Shown: positions 39,462-50,044, counted from the first letter of the stretch. The stretch: DNA of 64,000 nt from Thermodesulfobacteriota bacterium (GCA_963422265.1 OY729416.1:608001-672000); one strand, 5' to 3'. The notes: generated from the letters alone by a model not told the origin. Made by a program: numbers and translations.

Positions 39462-39878
39462 CTATAAGATAAATCTACTCTTAACATCCTCAGTCGGCAG
39501 CATGCACTTATCTCTTTTCCCAAGAATCTTATATCTATTTCTTACTATAGTATCGTAAAAAAAATCCCTTATTGAGACAGGAACAAGATAAAATAAGCAG
39601 AGTAAGCCCCAAGCACCCCCTAACTTTTGACATACTCTGAGAGAGGCGGTCGATTTTTGATAAGAATTGCCGTTTTCAATAAGTATGAAGGAATTTAGAT
39701 TGTCCGTTGGAAGATTGTATTTCTCTAATATCCTTATACCAGCTTCAGATCGAAGCGCTGCGAATCTGAATACCCTTCTGCGGTCCCTCTTTATCACAAG
39801 TTGAACCAAAGCTATGCAATAATTGCACACACCGTCAAACAGAATTGTAGAACTAGCAGATTTCTCGTCATTCACCAT
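39462..39878 (-). CDS. DCC1/DUF393 thiol-disulfide oxidoreductase-like protein
   Basis: LFDGVCNYC, FAALRS, RDFFYD..RNRY. Confidence 0.9.
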   Translation of the reverse strand: MVNDEKSASSTILFDGVCNYCIALVQLVIKRDRRRVFRFAALRSEAGIRILEKYNLPTDNLNSFILIENGNSYQKSTASLRVCQKLGGAWGLLCLFYLVPVSIRDFFYDTIVRNRYKILGKRDKCMLPTEDVKSRFIL

Positions 39879-39941
39879 TTTTGATAACCGAAAAAAGGAT
39901 AATAAGACGCCTTCCCTCGCCACGCGAAAGATCATAAGAAA

Positions 39942-40634
39942 TTAAACTATACCAGCAGAAGGGCAGAGGTGACTGATTGCGCATTCTTCACATTTAGGTT
40001 TCCTTGCAAAGCATACAGTGCGCCCGTGATCGCCAAGCGAGTTTGAGAAAAATGTCCATTTCTTCTGAGGGATTAACCCCTGAAGGTCAAACTCAATTTT
40101 GGTCGGGTCTAAATTATCCGTAAGCCTGAGCCTCGTGGACAATCTCTTAATGTGCGTATCAACTATAATCCCTGGCAACCCGTAATAGTTCCCAAGAACC
40201 ACGTTAGCCGTCTTTCTACCGACTCCCGCAAGCTTAGTAAGTTCCTGCATTGAGTTAGGGACTTGCCCCTTATACTCATCCACGAGAGCTTTACAACAGT
40301 TAATAATGAAATTAGCCTTGGCTCTATAAAACCCACACGAATGAATCTCATCTTCAAGCTCAACCCTATCCGCAAGGGCAAGCTCTTTAGGGGTCGTATA
40401 TTTTTTGAAAAGGTCTTTCGTAACCTTGTTTACCCTTTTATCAGTGCATTGCGCGGACAGAATACAACCGATTAGAAGCTCAAAAGCGCTTTTATAGTTG
40501 AGATGGCATTTTGCCTTCGGATATTCATCCTCTAGTACCGAAAGTATAGCACCCGCCCGCTCTTTCTTGAAAGCCAGAGCTTCATTAGGTCCCCCCCCCG
40601 CTTTTTCCTTAGATACAATACCCATTCGGAGCAA
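39942..40634 (-). CDS. nth: Endonuclease III
   Basis: LSAQCTD, GVGRKTANVV, VDTH, C-x6-C-x2-C-x5-C. Confidence 0.97.
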   Translation of the reverse strand: MLRMGIVSKEKAGGGPNEALAFKKERAGAILSVLEDEYPKAKCHLNYKSAFELLIGCILSAQCTDKRVNKVTKDLFKKYTTPKELALADRVELEDEIHSCGFYRAKANFIINCCKALVDEYKGQVPNSMQELTKLAGVGRKTANVVLGNYYGLPGIIVDTHIKRLSTRLRLTDNLDPTKIEFDLQGLIPQKKWTFFSNSLGDHGRTVCFARKPKCEECAISHLCPSAGIV

Positions 40635-40676
40635 GACATAGAAAAAAGGATACGTAGCACATATTCTAAAAGAGCG

Positions 40677-40946
40677 TTAATCATCTTTCCTTGCGGGTTC
40701 CAACCCTTCTTTGCCTTCAAAGAAATTAGCGTTAATGTCAATATACTCACGCCACTTGTCAGGAAGCTCATCTTCGTGATAAATAGCATCAACCGGGCAA
40801 GGATCAACACAAGCACCACAATCTATACACTCCTCAGGGTGAATAACAAGCATTTTCTCCGCTTCGTATATGCAGTCCACCGGGCATGCCTCGACGCACG
40901 CTTTATCTTTCACATCTATGCACGGTTCTGCAATTATGTATGCCAT
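40677..40946 (-). CDS. fdxA: Ferredoxin (7Fe FdxA type)
   Basis: [29 protein letters not shown]. Confidence 0.92.
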   Translation of the reverse strand: MAYIIAEPCIDVKDKACVEACPVDCIYEAEKMLVIHPEECIDCGACVDPCPVDAIYHEDELPDKWREYIDINANFFEGKEGLEPARKDD

Positions 40947-41090
40947 TTTTTAACGCTACCTCCTATTGGAATATACTCAATGCCACCATAGCATACAAGT
41001 AACGGAAATAAGAACCAACCATATAGCTAGTTGGGTGTTACTCTTTTTGCTATTACGGCTCAGCGCAACTGAATTTAGAATTGCTTTGCC

Positions 41091-41537
41091 TTATTTAGAC
41101 TCCGGAGACACTTGAACTGGCAGTGATTCATCCTGCTTCAAAAGCTTAGAACTTTCGGGTTCTTCAGGCAAGGTGACATCCTGTATCGTTTCGTCTTGAG
41201 GCACCGTTTCATCAGAGATGCCATCGGGTGAATCGGTATCTGAGATAGATTCCTCTACAGGAGCGACAACTATATCAGTAACTACTGATTTGCTAACTCC
41301 TTTTGTAGCAAAATATCCCAAAGATAGTGAAGTAAATATGAATAATACTGCCAACCCTCTTGTAACTTTGGACAAGAAAGGCACGGCGCCGCTTGATCCG
41401 AAAACCGACTCGCTTGATCCACCTCCGAATATAGAACCTAAATCCCCACTCTTGCCCGGCTGCAATAGCACAACCATAATAAGCAGTACGCATACTACTA
41501 CATGTATCACTTTTACACAAAAGATTATTAGCTCCAC
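41091..41537 (-). CDS. secG: Preprotein translocase subunit SecG
   Basis: VLLQPGKSGDLGSIFGGG, FLSKVT; downstream of tpiA. Confidence 0.93.
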   Translation of the reverse strand: MELIIFCVKVIHVVVCVLLIMVVLLQPGKSGDLGSIFGGGSSESVFGSSGAVPFLSKVTRGLAVLFIFTSLSLGYFATKGVSKSVVTDIVVAPVEESISDTDSPDGISDETVPQDETIQDVTLPEEPESSKLLKQDESLPVQVSPESK

Positions 41538-41543
41538 TGTTGT

Positions 41544-42305
41544 TTATCCCCCCGCTATTTGAACTATTTTTACCAGCGAATCAGCAACTAGACTTGCGCC
41601 ACCCACTAACGCACCGTCTATATCTTGTTTGACAAGAAGCTCTTCTATATTACCTTCTGTAACGCTCCCACCATAAACTATCCTCAAACGCTCCACAACG
41701 TTTTCACCCAACATCTTACCCGTTATTTCACGAATTGTAGCCTGCACGCGTTGAGCTTGATCAGGCGTCGCGTTCCTGCCCGTCCCTATTGCCCATACAG
41801 GCTCATAAGCAATAACCAGCCTAGTAGGATCGTCAAGCTCTAAGTCCAAGAGAGCACGCTCTAATTGGACAGACACAGCCCTAATTGTCTTTCCCTCGTT
41901 TCTTTCGTCAAGAGTTTCACCAACGCAGAGAATTACGTTTAGACCCTCTTCGAGAGAAAACTCAAGCTTCTTTTTTACCAATTCATCCGATTCACTCAAC
42001 GTATTCCTTCTTTCAGAGTGTCCTATAATCACCCATTTACAACCTACATCAAGAAGCATAGCCGGGGAAATTTCACCAGTAAAAGGACCCATGTCTTTCC
42101 AAAAAACGTCTTGTGCGCCAAGCATAATGCCCGTGTGCCCAATAGATCGTTCTACCAAGTCCAATACTGTATAAGGCGGACAGAGGACTACGTCTATATT
42201 CGCTATAGAGTCGTTAACGCCAGCTACAAACCTCTCCGTCAACTCTTTAGCTTCATTTCTGAGTATATTCATTTTCCAATTACCAGCTATAAATACTTTC
42301 CTCAT
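41544..42305 (-). CDS. tpiA: Triosephosphate isomerase
   Basis: AGNWKMN, GHSERR, AYEPVWAIGTG, YGGSV. Confidence 0.98.
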   Translation of the reverse strand: MRKVFIAGNWKMNILRNEAKELTERFVAGVNDSIANIDVVLCPPYTVLDLVERSIGHTGIMLGAQDVFWKDMGPFTGEISPAMLLDVGCKWVIIGHSERRNTLSESDELVKKKLEFSLEEGLNVILCVGETLDERNEGKTIRAVSVQLERALLDLELDDPTRLVIAYEPVWAIGTGRNATPDQAQRVQATIREITGKMLGENVVERLRIVYGGSVTEGNIEELLVKQDIDGALVGGASLVADSLVKIVQIAGG

Positions 42306-42435
42306 TTTTACGGTTTTTAGGGGCGTTTAATAACGACTGAATCATCCCGGATTCGGCTTCCGAAAATTATAAAGGAAGGATAATAATTGTTCAAATTACC
42401 TTCCGTAACGTCAATTTCTTTGACTGAAGAAATTA

Positions 42436-43590
42436 TTAATATACCGTTCCTCTCTTATCCTCAATATATCTTCCTAGTCTTCGAATCCCTTCTTTGATGT
42501 CAGAAATTGACGTCGCATAAGAAAACCTTAAATATCCCTGCCCCCCATGCCCAAAATCTATACCCGGCGTGATTGCCACTTTGGCGCTTTCAAGAATGTC
42601 AAAGGATAGCGCGTGTGAGTCTTTGCCCAGTGCGGAAACATCAACAAACACGTAAAAGGCACCTTTAGGCTCAGCCTTTATAGTGAACCCTAGCCTCCTA
42701 AGCCCTTTAAGTATAGTTTTTCTTCTCTCATCAAAATACAGAACCCGCCTAGCCGCTTGGTTCTTTGCGTCCCTCAGGGCTTTGATCCCCGCGCGTTGGA
42801 CGAAAGGACTGACCGATATGAAAAGGTTTTGCTGAAGCTTCTGTAAAGGACGCACACATGCCTCGGGGACGATTAAATATCCAAGACGCCAACCAGTCAT
42901 TGAATAGAATTTGGAGAAACCATTCACAACGCAGGCGTTATCCGTATATCTAAGTATCGTGTTAACCTCTTCGCCATAAGTAAGCCCGTGATATATTTCA
43001 TCTGATATAACGTATATACCAAGCCCAGCAATTTTTTTAATAACTTCACCCCTGAGGACCATGCCCGTGGGATTTGCAGGCGAGTTGATTAGTATTGCCC
43101 TTGTTCTTGAAGTAATAGCCTTTTTAAGTCTGCTGATGTTGATCTGAAATCCTTCTTCCTCATAGATTCTGACTGTCTTTGGCACCCCCCCAGCAATTTT
43201 AATGATCTGTGGATAACACGCGTAGTAAGGGTCAGTAATAACAACCTCATCCCCGGGTTCAATGTGCGAAATCATAGACAGAAAAAGAGCGGGAGAACTA
43301 CCCATCGTAACCGCAACGCGGCTAGGTGATAAGTTAATGCCATATGCCCTTTTATAGTCTTCCGAGATCGCCTCGCGCAACTCAGGCATTCCCATACTAT
43401 GTGTGTACTTCGTATCACCCTCGTTGATAGCGGACTCAGCCTCTCGGCAGATAGGAGCAGGAGTAGGAAAATCAGGTTCACCAACCTCAAAATGTATAAT
43501 TCTATCCCCTTGGTGCTCAAGCTCCTTTGCCCTTTCCAACACGTCCATTACATAAAAAGGTGATATATCTTGAGAGAGCTTTGACGGCAT
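42436..43590 (-). CDS. Class I/II PLP aminotransferase
   Basis: GEPDF, NSPANPTG, SDEIY, GFSKFYSMTGWRLG. Confidence 0.95.
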   Translation of the reverse strand: MPSKLSQDISPFYVMDVLERAKELEHQGDRIIHFEVGEPDFPTPAPICREAESAINEGDTKYTHSMGMPELREAISEDYKRAYGINLSPSRVAVTMGSSPALFLSMISHIEPGDEVVITDPYYACYPQIIKIAGGVPKTVRIYEEEGFQINISRLKKAITSRTRAILINSPANPTGMVLRGEVIKKIAGLGIYVISDEIYHGLTYGEEVNTILRYTDNACVVNGFSKFYSMTGWRLGYLIVPEACVRPLQKLQQNLFISVSPFVQRAGIKALRDAKNQAARRVLYFDERRKTILKGLRRLGFTIKAEPKGAFYVFVDVSALGKDSHALSFDILESAKVAITPGIDFGHGGQGYLRFSYATSISDIKEGIRRLGRYIEDKRGTVY

Positions 43591-43641
43591 GGGGAATTTT
43601 ATTCTAAGCTTAAAGGAAAAAGTTGTCCACAGGACGCTTCG

Positions 43642-44178
43642 TTACACTTTATTTCCTTTTCCTAGTGCTTTATCAATTTGCCTCTTAAGAAGCTCTCGTT
43701 TCAGCCTCTCGAGCCTGTCAAAGAAAAGCACGCCATCTAAATGGTCAATCTCGTGTTGAAGCACCCGCGCCATCAATTCTCTTGCATCAATCTGCACAGG
43801 ATTACCTCCACGGTCGTAACCATCTACTACCACGCTTGCTTTCCTTTTAACGTTACTCAGAAAACCCGGAACACTAAGGCATCCTTCCTCTCCTATGGCT
43901 TCTCCATCTGAGAAAACTATTTCTGGGTTGATTAGCTCAACAAGCCCGGATCTGTCGTATTCTTCTTTAGAATTCGGGTTTTTTGGTGTAGTATCAGCGA
44001 CTATTACCCTCTTGTTTACACCGACCTGAGGAGCAGCCAGCCCGACTCCCGGAGCCTCATACATTGTATCAGCCATATCATCTAAGAGCTTTAAGACGTC
44101 CCCGTCTATCTCTTCGACTGGCTTACATTTCTTCCTTAAAATGGGATTCGGATAAAGAAGGATTCTTAATAATACCAT
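43642..44178 (-). CDS. def: Peptide deformylase
   Basis: GVGLAAPQ, EGCLS, QHEIDHL. Confidence 0.98.
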   Translation of the reverse strand: MVLLRILLYPNPILRKKCKPVEEIDGDVLKLLDDMADTMYEAPGVGLAAPQVGVNKRVIVADTTPKNPNSKEEYDRSGLVELINPEIVFSDGEAIGEEGCLSVPGFLSNVKRKASVVVDGYDRGGNPVQIDARELMARVLQHEIDHLDGVLFFDRLERLKRELLKRQIDKALGKGNKV

Positions 44179-44216
44179 AAAGGCTAAATGCTATCCGAGA
44201 GCACATTATTGTCAAT

Positions 44217-44495
44217 TTATTCACTGTCCAACTTGCCTATTAGCCCTCTGCTTGGTCTGAAGTGTGGGAGCTTTTTTTCAGAAACAATAACCTTTTCTCC
44301 CGTCTTTGGATTTCTCCCTTCATACGACCCGTAACTTTTTGTAAAGAAACTACCGAAGCCCCTTATCTCAATTCTTCCTCCCCGTTCGAGCACCTCTGTC
44401 ATATGATCTATTATAGTATTGAGAATTTGCTCGGATTGAGACGGCTGAAGATTAAACTCATTTGCCAGCTCTCTTTCAATTTCTGATCTCTTCAT
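44217..44495 (-). CDS. ihfB: Integration host factor beta / HU family
   Basis: RIEIRGFGSF, GRNPKTG, PHFRP. Confidence 0.85.
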   Translation of the reverse strand: MKRSEIERELANEFNLQPSQSEQILNTIIDHMTEVLERGGRIEIRGFGSFFTKSYGSYEGRNPKTGEKVIVSEKKLPHFRPSRGLIGKLDSE

Positions 44496-44790
44496 AGAAT
44501 ATATCTACCTGCAGCGGTAAAAGCACACAACTCAACCCCAAGTGCCATTGTAGATAGTTGTTGAATGTTTGTCAAACTTTGTATGGGTAAAAAGGATTCG
44601 TCTAAACTAAAACCCTGCTAACAATGTGGCGTTTGTTTTCTATCTGCATTTATTCGTATTCCTTATCCCCATATGTCGTAAGCAGGGAGGTGCAACACCC
44701 CGATAACCGCATTTAGGGACATGCACACGGAACTATTTTGTCTGACTAAATCCTAAGACGAAGGAAGTCCTTGAGCTAGATGTTATAAAC

Positions 44791-45459
44791 TTACTTAGTA
44801 ATACGGTATCTTTCGTCATAACCGGTAGGTTTACTATAATCGCCTTCTATAAACATCTCCCTTGCGGGATCGATCTTCTCGGTGTTTCTTCTCTTATCAA
44901 GCTCATCTTCATATTTAGCTTCACTTAAAGCCCTGTAAGTGTATTCTATTTTCATAGTATTATCCTTTTTATTAGTGTGAAGGACGAGCTTTACCTTAGG
45001 TGTTTGCCACGTCCAAGAGTTAAAATAGAGCATACTATCTTCATCATTGGGCTTGCCGTATCGTTCATTTAAGTAATTTATGAGCTTATTCCTCAACTCC
45101 ACCCGCTCTAAAGCACTAAGGCTAACAAAACTAAGTGAGGTTGACAGTAACTTCTTATCATAAAATTCAAGAACTGTATGGACTTCCTTGCCATTTATAT
45201 CTAAAGGTAAATCAACCACCACGCCATGAATAACAATCGTTCTTATCTCCTTAGAGTCAACATTATTTTGCACTATGGCCTTGTGATTAGAATCAATAAT
45301 TCTCATAGCCTCCTTTTTAGAAATTTTGAACTGAAAACCCAAAGGTGCAAGATCAGTTCCCGGACTGGAGTTGGGGACTTGGTTTTGAGCCAAAGATACA
45401 GTGGAAACAAGAAAGAAAGACAAAATAAAAACCATATATGGCATCCTAACTAAACGCAT
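44791..45459 (-). CDS. Hypothetical exported protein
   Basis: 222-aa ORF with an N-terminal signal-like hydrophobic stretch ending SLA-Q. Confidence 0.75.
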   Translation of the reverse strand: MRLVRMPYMVFILSFFLVSTVSLAQNQVPNSSPGTDLAPLGFQFKISKKEAMRIIDSNHKAIVQNNVDSKEIRTIVIHGVVVDLPLDINGKEVHTVLEFYDKKLLSTSLSFVSLSALERVELRNKLINYLNERYGKPNDEDSMLYFNSWTWQTPKVKLVLHTNKKDNTMKIEYTYRALSEAKYEDELDKRRNTEKIDPAREMFIEGDYSKPTGYDERYRITK

Positions 45460-45564
45460 TATACAATTCTCCTTAATCTCTTAGTAATTTTTAGCTATTA
45501 GTTAAGTTAAGTTACGATTAAAATATAAAGTGAATGGAGAAAATCAAGTATATAGAAAATCAAA

Positions 45565-46026
45565 ATGCTTAAAACAATCGGAGTAATTGGGGCAAGTGAG
45601 CCTTCGGAAGAAGAATATAAAATTGCCCAAGAAGTGGGTAGGGAGATCGCTCGGAGGAAATGTGGTCTTGTTTGTGGAGGTATGGGGGGTGTGATGCAAG
45701 CCGCCTGCCTCGGAGCAAAGAGCGCTGGCGGTCTCACGATAGGAATCATTCCCGGAACGGAGAAGAGTGAAACCAACTCCTATGTTGACGTTCCGATAAT
45801 TACGGGGATGGGACACGGAAGGAACGTTATTGTAGTTCGCTCAAGCGACTCAATAATTGCAATAGGCGGTAGCTACGGTACATTATCAGAGATAGCGTTT
45901 GCCCTTAGGCTTAAAATACCCGTCATAGGAATAAGCACCTGGAATGTGTCTTCGAACATCGAGAAAGCCGAGAATCCGAAAGAAGCGGTGGATATGGCTT
46001 TTGGGCGTTGTGGTTCTAGCCTTTAA
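45565..46026 (+). CDS. TIGR00725 / LOG-like Rossmann-fold protein
   Basis: CGGMGGVM, TGMGHGRN, GTLSEIAFAL. Confidence 0.9.
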   Translation: MLKTIGVIGASEPSEEEYKIAQEVGREIARRKCGLVCGGMGGVMQAACLGAKSAGGLTIGIIPGTEKSETNSYVDVPIITGMGHGRNVIVVRSSDSIIAIGGSYGTLSEIAFALRLKIPVIGISTWNVSSNIEKAENPKEAVDMAFGRCGSSL

Positions 46027-46672
46027 CGGAGGTTGCGGTGAGAAGCCTTGGCCCGCGCCTACACTCTCAACTTCTAAAGTGTATAATAAAAAACTCAAGC
46101 GATGCCTAAAGAGCAGATCCTCTATCAGCAAAGCAGGTTACCATTACCATAGGCTCAAGCGCGGAGAAACCTTATACAAGGTGTCTAAAATCTATGGGAT
46201 TACAGTAAATGAGCTTATAGAGCTCAACAACATCTCGGATCATACAGATATAGATACCGGGACGAACTTGATAATAGCAAAAACTAGAGCATACAGCGGA
46301 ATGATTTGGCCGGTTACCGGTAGAATATCCTCGCACTACGGACCTCGCTGGGGAAGTTTCCACCAAGGCATTGACATAGCTGCACCAAAAGGCACGCCGA
46401 TTCGGGCAGCCTCTAATGGACTTGTTATAACCAGCATAAATAAATCAAAAAGATATTCTAAATATGGGAAAACTATAATAATAGAACACGCAAATGGGAT
46501 AAGAACTCTATACGCTCATAACAATAAAAACAAAGTTAAAGCCGGAGAGTGCGTCAAATCAGGGGAAATAATTGGTTCGGTAGGCTCCACGGGCAACGCT
46601 ACAGGAAATCATCTTCACTTTGAAGTAAGAAAAAATGGAAGACCTTCAAACCCGACAAACTACTTACAGTAA
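45944..46672 (+). CDS. LysM plus M23 peptidase, probable lipoprotein (NlpD-like)
   Basis: Signal ending GGC, GETLYKVSK (LysM), HQGIDI, YAH, HLHFEVR. Confidence 0.9.
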   Translation: MCLRTSRKPRIRKKRWIWLLGVVVLAFNGGCGEKPWPAPTLSTSKVYNKKLKRCLKSRSSISKAGYHYHRLKRGETLYKVSKIYGITVNELIELNNISDHTDIDTGTNLIIAKTRAYSGMIWPVTGRISSHYGPRWGSFHQGIDIAAPKGTPIRAASNGLVITSINKSKRYSKYGKTIIIEHANGIRTLYAHNNKNKVKAGECVKSGEIIGSVGSTGNATGNHLHFEVRKNGRPSNPTNYLQ

Positions 46673-46690
46673 GCGAAAAGGAGTAAACCA

Positions 46691-47212
46691 ATAGACTATC
46701 TTAAAACCTATATTAGGAACATACCCAATTTCCCCAAAAAAGGAATAACCTTTCACGATATTACTCCCCTTCTCCAAAATGCAAAGGCTTTTGAGGATGC
46801 TATAGGTGCCATGGCAAAAATACTGAAAGGAAAGGATATAGATTATCTAGTTGGCGTTGAGGCAAGAGGATTTATATTCGCTTCCGCCCTTGCGCTACAA
46901 CTTGGTACTGGACTTGTAATCGTGAGGAAGCCCGGAAAGCTGCCCTACTTGACTATAAACGCATCCTATGATCTCGAATACGGATCAGATACGCTGGAAG
47001 TGCACAGGGACGCTATAGATGATGGGGGTAAAATAGTGTTAATTGATGACCTCCTCGCAACTGGGGGTACGGCGAAAGCGGTGGGTGATCTTATTGGAAA
47101 GCTTAGAGGAGAAATCCTGGGCTACTGCTTCCTGGTTGAGCTAACGGAGCTCGGTGGAAAGGAAAGGCTGGCGCCGCACACCGTCTGGTCAGTGTTAAAA
47201 TATCCGGTGTGA
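46691..47212 (+). CDS. apt: Adenine phosphoribosyltransferase (apparent ATA start)
   Basis: IRNIPNFPKKGITFHDITPLL lies upstream of the called ATG; EARGF, RKPGKLP, DDLLATGGT. Confidence 0.93.
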   Translation: MDYLKTYIRNIPNFPKKGITFHDITPLLQNAKAFEDAIGAMAKILKGKDIDYLVGVEARGFIFASALALQLGTGLVIVRKPGKLPYLTINASYDLEYGSDTLEVHRDAIDDGGKIVLIDDLLATGGTAKAVGDLIGKLRGEILGYCFLVELTELGGKERLAPHTVWSVLKYPV

Positions 47213-47253
47213 AAAACTAATTAAAATCTGAATTGGATTCGAACAAAGGGAAA

Positions 47254-48348
47254 ATGGAAAAAATCCGAGTTAACTTAAATAAAACCGAAGATAAATCCTA
47301 TGGAATCATTATCAAAAATGGAATATTGCAAGACGTGGCGAAGGACTTAAAAGAATCGGACATAGCTCATAAATACATAATAGTTACCGACTCAAACGTA
47401 GAACCACTCTATGGAGAGAAACTACTGTTAGAGTTTGAGAAAGAAGGTCTTAATACCGATATGATTTCTTTTTCGGCAGGAGAGAAATACAAGAACAGGG
47501 ACACTAAAGAATCAATAGAAAACTTTATGCTTGAAAGAAAATTCGGTAGAGACTCAGCAGTTGTAGCACTCGGAGGTGGAGTAGTAGGAGATATGGCGGG
47601 CTACGTCGCCGCTACATATATGCGAGGAGTTCCCTACGTTCAGGTTCCCACTACACTTCTGGCTTGCGTTGATAGTTCAATAGGTGGCAAGACTGCCGTT
47701 GACACTAAGCACGGAAAGAATCTAATAGGCGCCTTTCATCAGCCGCGCAAGGTTTATATAGACGTTGACACGCTCATAACACTTGAGGAAAAGGAGATGA
47801 AAGAAGGACTCGCCGAAGTAATTAAATATGGCGTGATTAGGGATGGTGAGCTATTTGCCTTTCTCGAAGAAAATATAAAAGGCGTATTCTTATACAATAA
47901 AAGAGCATTAGTCCATATTATTAAAGTGGGATGTAAAATCAAAGGACAAATTGTAGAGCAAGATGAAAGAGAATCTGGACTGAGAAAAATACTAAACTTC
48001 GGTCATACTATAGGCCACGCTGTAGAAAATCTTTCAGGATACGAATTATCTCATGGAGAGGCAATATCTATCGGTATGATTGTGGAAGGAAGACTGGCGG
48101 TCGCAATGAAACTTCTTCAAAACCATGAGCTGTCAAGGCTAACCGAGCTTATGAAAAAAGCGGGATTACCCACTGAAATCCCTAAAGGCATTGAGATGTC
48201 TAATATAATAGAAGCTATGAAGCTGGATAAAAAATCAAGAAGTGGGCAAATTGAGATGGCTTTACCTAAAGAAATAGGATGCATGGCGCAGGTGAACGGA
48301 AACTACGGGCTGAAGGTTGACGAATCGTTAATCGCCAATGTAACTTAG
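47254..48348 (+). CDS. aroB: 3-dehydroquinate synthase
   Basis: GGGVVGD, DSSIGGKT, KNLIGAFHQP, LNFGHTIGHA. Confidence 0.97.
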   Translation: MEKIRVNLNKTEDKSYGIIIKNGILQDVAKDLKESDIAHKYIIVTDSNVEPLYGEKLLLEFEKEGLNTDMISFSAGEKYKNRDTKESIENFMLERKFGRDSAVVALGGGVVGDMAGYVAATYMRGVPYVQVPTTLLACVDSSIGGKTAVDTKHGKNLIGAFHQPRKVYIDVDTLITLEEKEMKEGLAEVIKYGVIRDGELFAFLEENIKGVFLYNKRALVHIIKVGCKIKGQIVEQDERESGLRKILNFGHTIGHAVENLSGYELSHGEAISIGMIVEGRLAVAMKLLQNHELSRLTELMKKAGLPTEIPKGIEMSNIIEAMKLDKKSRSGQIEMALPKEIGCMAQVNGNYGLKVDESLIANVT

Positions 48349-48367
48349 CATCTCGTTAGACTCAACA

Positions 48368-48994
48368 ATGTTGGACATAAACACATTAGAAGATCCAAAC
48401 GCCGCACTGGATGTTTCAGATTGTCCTATTCCATTGCCCCTCGATGAATTATTCAGAAACGAAGGGGACCTCGCGATTGAAATCGGTTCTGGATACGGTG
48501 AGTTCCTAACCGAGATGGCACTCATCCACAGGGAGAAAAACTTTCTCGGAATTGAGGTTAAAAGCAAGAGATTCAGAAAAGCCGTAAAGAAAGCCAACAG
48601 CCAAAACATATCCAATATCAGATTTCTTCACATGGACGCCAATATTGCCGCAGAGGAGTTATTTTATCCCAATACGATATCGCTCGCTTACGTTAATTTC
48701 CCCGATCCATGGCACAAGGACAAACATAAAAAACATAGAATAATAAACCGTCAATTTCTTGAAGTTCTTTCTAGGACTATGAAAAGGAACGCTTGCCTTG
48801 AAATAGTCAGCGACTACCATGAATATATGTTATACACCACTGAAATCTTGAACGGCGTGGATTGTTTTAATGGTCTATGCAGCAAGCCTACATGCCTGCG
48901 AGGTGATCCAGAGAGACCTATGACAAAGTATGAAAAGAAGTTTAGGTTGGAAGGTAGAGAAATCTACTATCTCAAGTTTACAAACGTAAAATGA
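48368..48994 (+). CDS. trmB: tRNA (guanine-N7)-methyltransferase
   Basis: EIGSGYG, FPDPW, HKKHR, TKYE. Confidence 0.95.
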   Translation: MLDINTLEDPNAALDVSDCPIPLPLDELFRNEGDLAIEIGSGYGEFLTEMALIHREKNFLGIEVKSKRFRKAVKKANSQNISNIRFLHMDANIAAEELFYPNTISLAYVNFPDPWHKDKHKKHRIINRQFLEVLSRTMKRNACLEIVSDYHEYMLYTTEILNGVDCFNGLCSKPTCLRGDPERPMTKYEKKFRLEGREIYYLKFTNVK

Positions 48995-49055
48995 TTCAAG
49001 ATAATACTCATCAAGGTTTTTCTTCTATAATCCACTATAAATCAAACTGTCCGCC

Positions 49056-49355
49056 GTGTTTATAAGGAGGATGCTAAATATGAGAATGCTTATGAAACCG
49101 ATACTCGCCATCTTTAACGGTCTTTTTGTCGCAAGCTGCGCTGGGGGAGAAGATGGGCCAGGATACCTGTTTCACATTATTTTTATCGTAGTCCCTCTAA
49201 TAGCTATAGGCATTCTACTTTTGAGAAGAACCGAGAGCACAAATGATTCACTTTACATAGTGGAAGGACAGCTAAAAAGACTATCTTCCAAATTAGACGT
49301 TTTAGAAAAGAAAGTGAGCGAGGGGGAGGAGAAAGGAAAGAATGATGAGAAGTAA
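49056..49355 (+). CDS. Hypothetical small membrane protein or lipoprotein
   Basis: VASC lipobox-like motif, transmembrane helix, coiled-coil tail; exact start uncertain. Confidence 0.6.
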   Translation: MFIRRMLNMRMLMKPILAIFNGLFVASCAGGEDGPGYLFHIIFIVVPLIAIGILLLRRTESTNDSLYIVEGQLKRLSSKLDVLEKKVSEGEEKGKNDEK

Positions 49356-49493
49356 AAGGTTCAGCCCAACTTTTATAGACAAGGCAGTATTGCAAATTCT
49401 AAGATGAAGCTTTTACAAGCATGGTAGGTATCTGACAATCCATTGAAAGCATTGATATAAAATAAAGAATATTAAAACTGTAAATTGAAAAGT

Positions 49494-49781
49494 TCAGGCG
49501 GTATAACCCCACTTTTTGAATTGTTTTTGCAGTTCAAGATCACTTTTGAATGCCTGAAAATAGACATATTCCGGAGCTAGATCAGCTCCATTTGGCCAAA
49601 CAATAGTTTCCAGCTCCTTATCTACCGTAAAAGCTGAAAATTTCGATTTATCTTTTAAGGGTTCAAACATAGGGCCTTGCAAGGTGTCCGTTAAATCCGC
49701 TATAATTATGCGACCGTTATTAAACGATACCTCTACCCTGTAGTCACCCAAATATCTAGCATTAGTAAAGTGAAGAAACAT
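49494..49781 (-). CDS. DUF2442-family protein
   Basis: GPMFEPLKD, TIVWPNGADLAPE. Confidence 0.88.
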   Translation of the reverse strand: MFLHFTNARYLGDYRVEVSFNNGRIIIADLTDTLQGPMFEPLKDKSKFSAFTVDKELETIVWPNGADLAPEYVYFQAFKSDLELQKQFKKWGYTA

Positions 49782-49786
49782 AATTA

Positions 49787-50044
49787 TTACTCTAACGGCT
49801 CAATTGGTTTTGGCGCCCCATCTTTTTCGCAAAGCTTCCAGTTTTCAATCAATTCATCTCTATGCAGGTCATACCATTCGAGAACATGTCTTAATGCTTG
49901 CTTTGGAAATTTACCCTCTACTAAACCAGTGATAATACCTACGGTGATCTCATATTCCGCATATTTAGCATGAAAATATGGTGGCGCATGATCATCCCAA
50001 TACATAGCGATAATTATCCCAAGAAATCTGCTTATTACCAGCAT
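49787..50044 (-). CDS. DUF4160-family protein
   Basis: ISRFLGIIIAMY..DHAPPYFHAKY, VLEW..H..EL..NW. Confidence 0.88.
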   Translation of the reverse strand: MLVISRFLGIIIAMYWDDHAPPYFHAKYAEYEITVGIITGLVEGKFPKQALRHVLEWYDLHRDELIENWKLCEKDGAPKPIEPLE

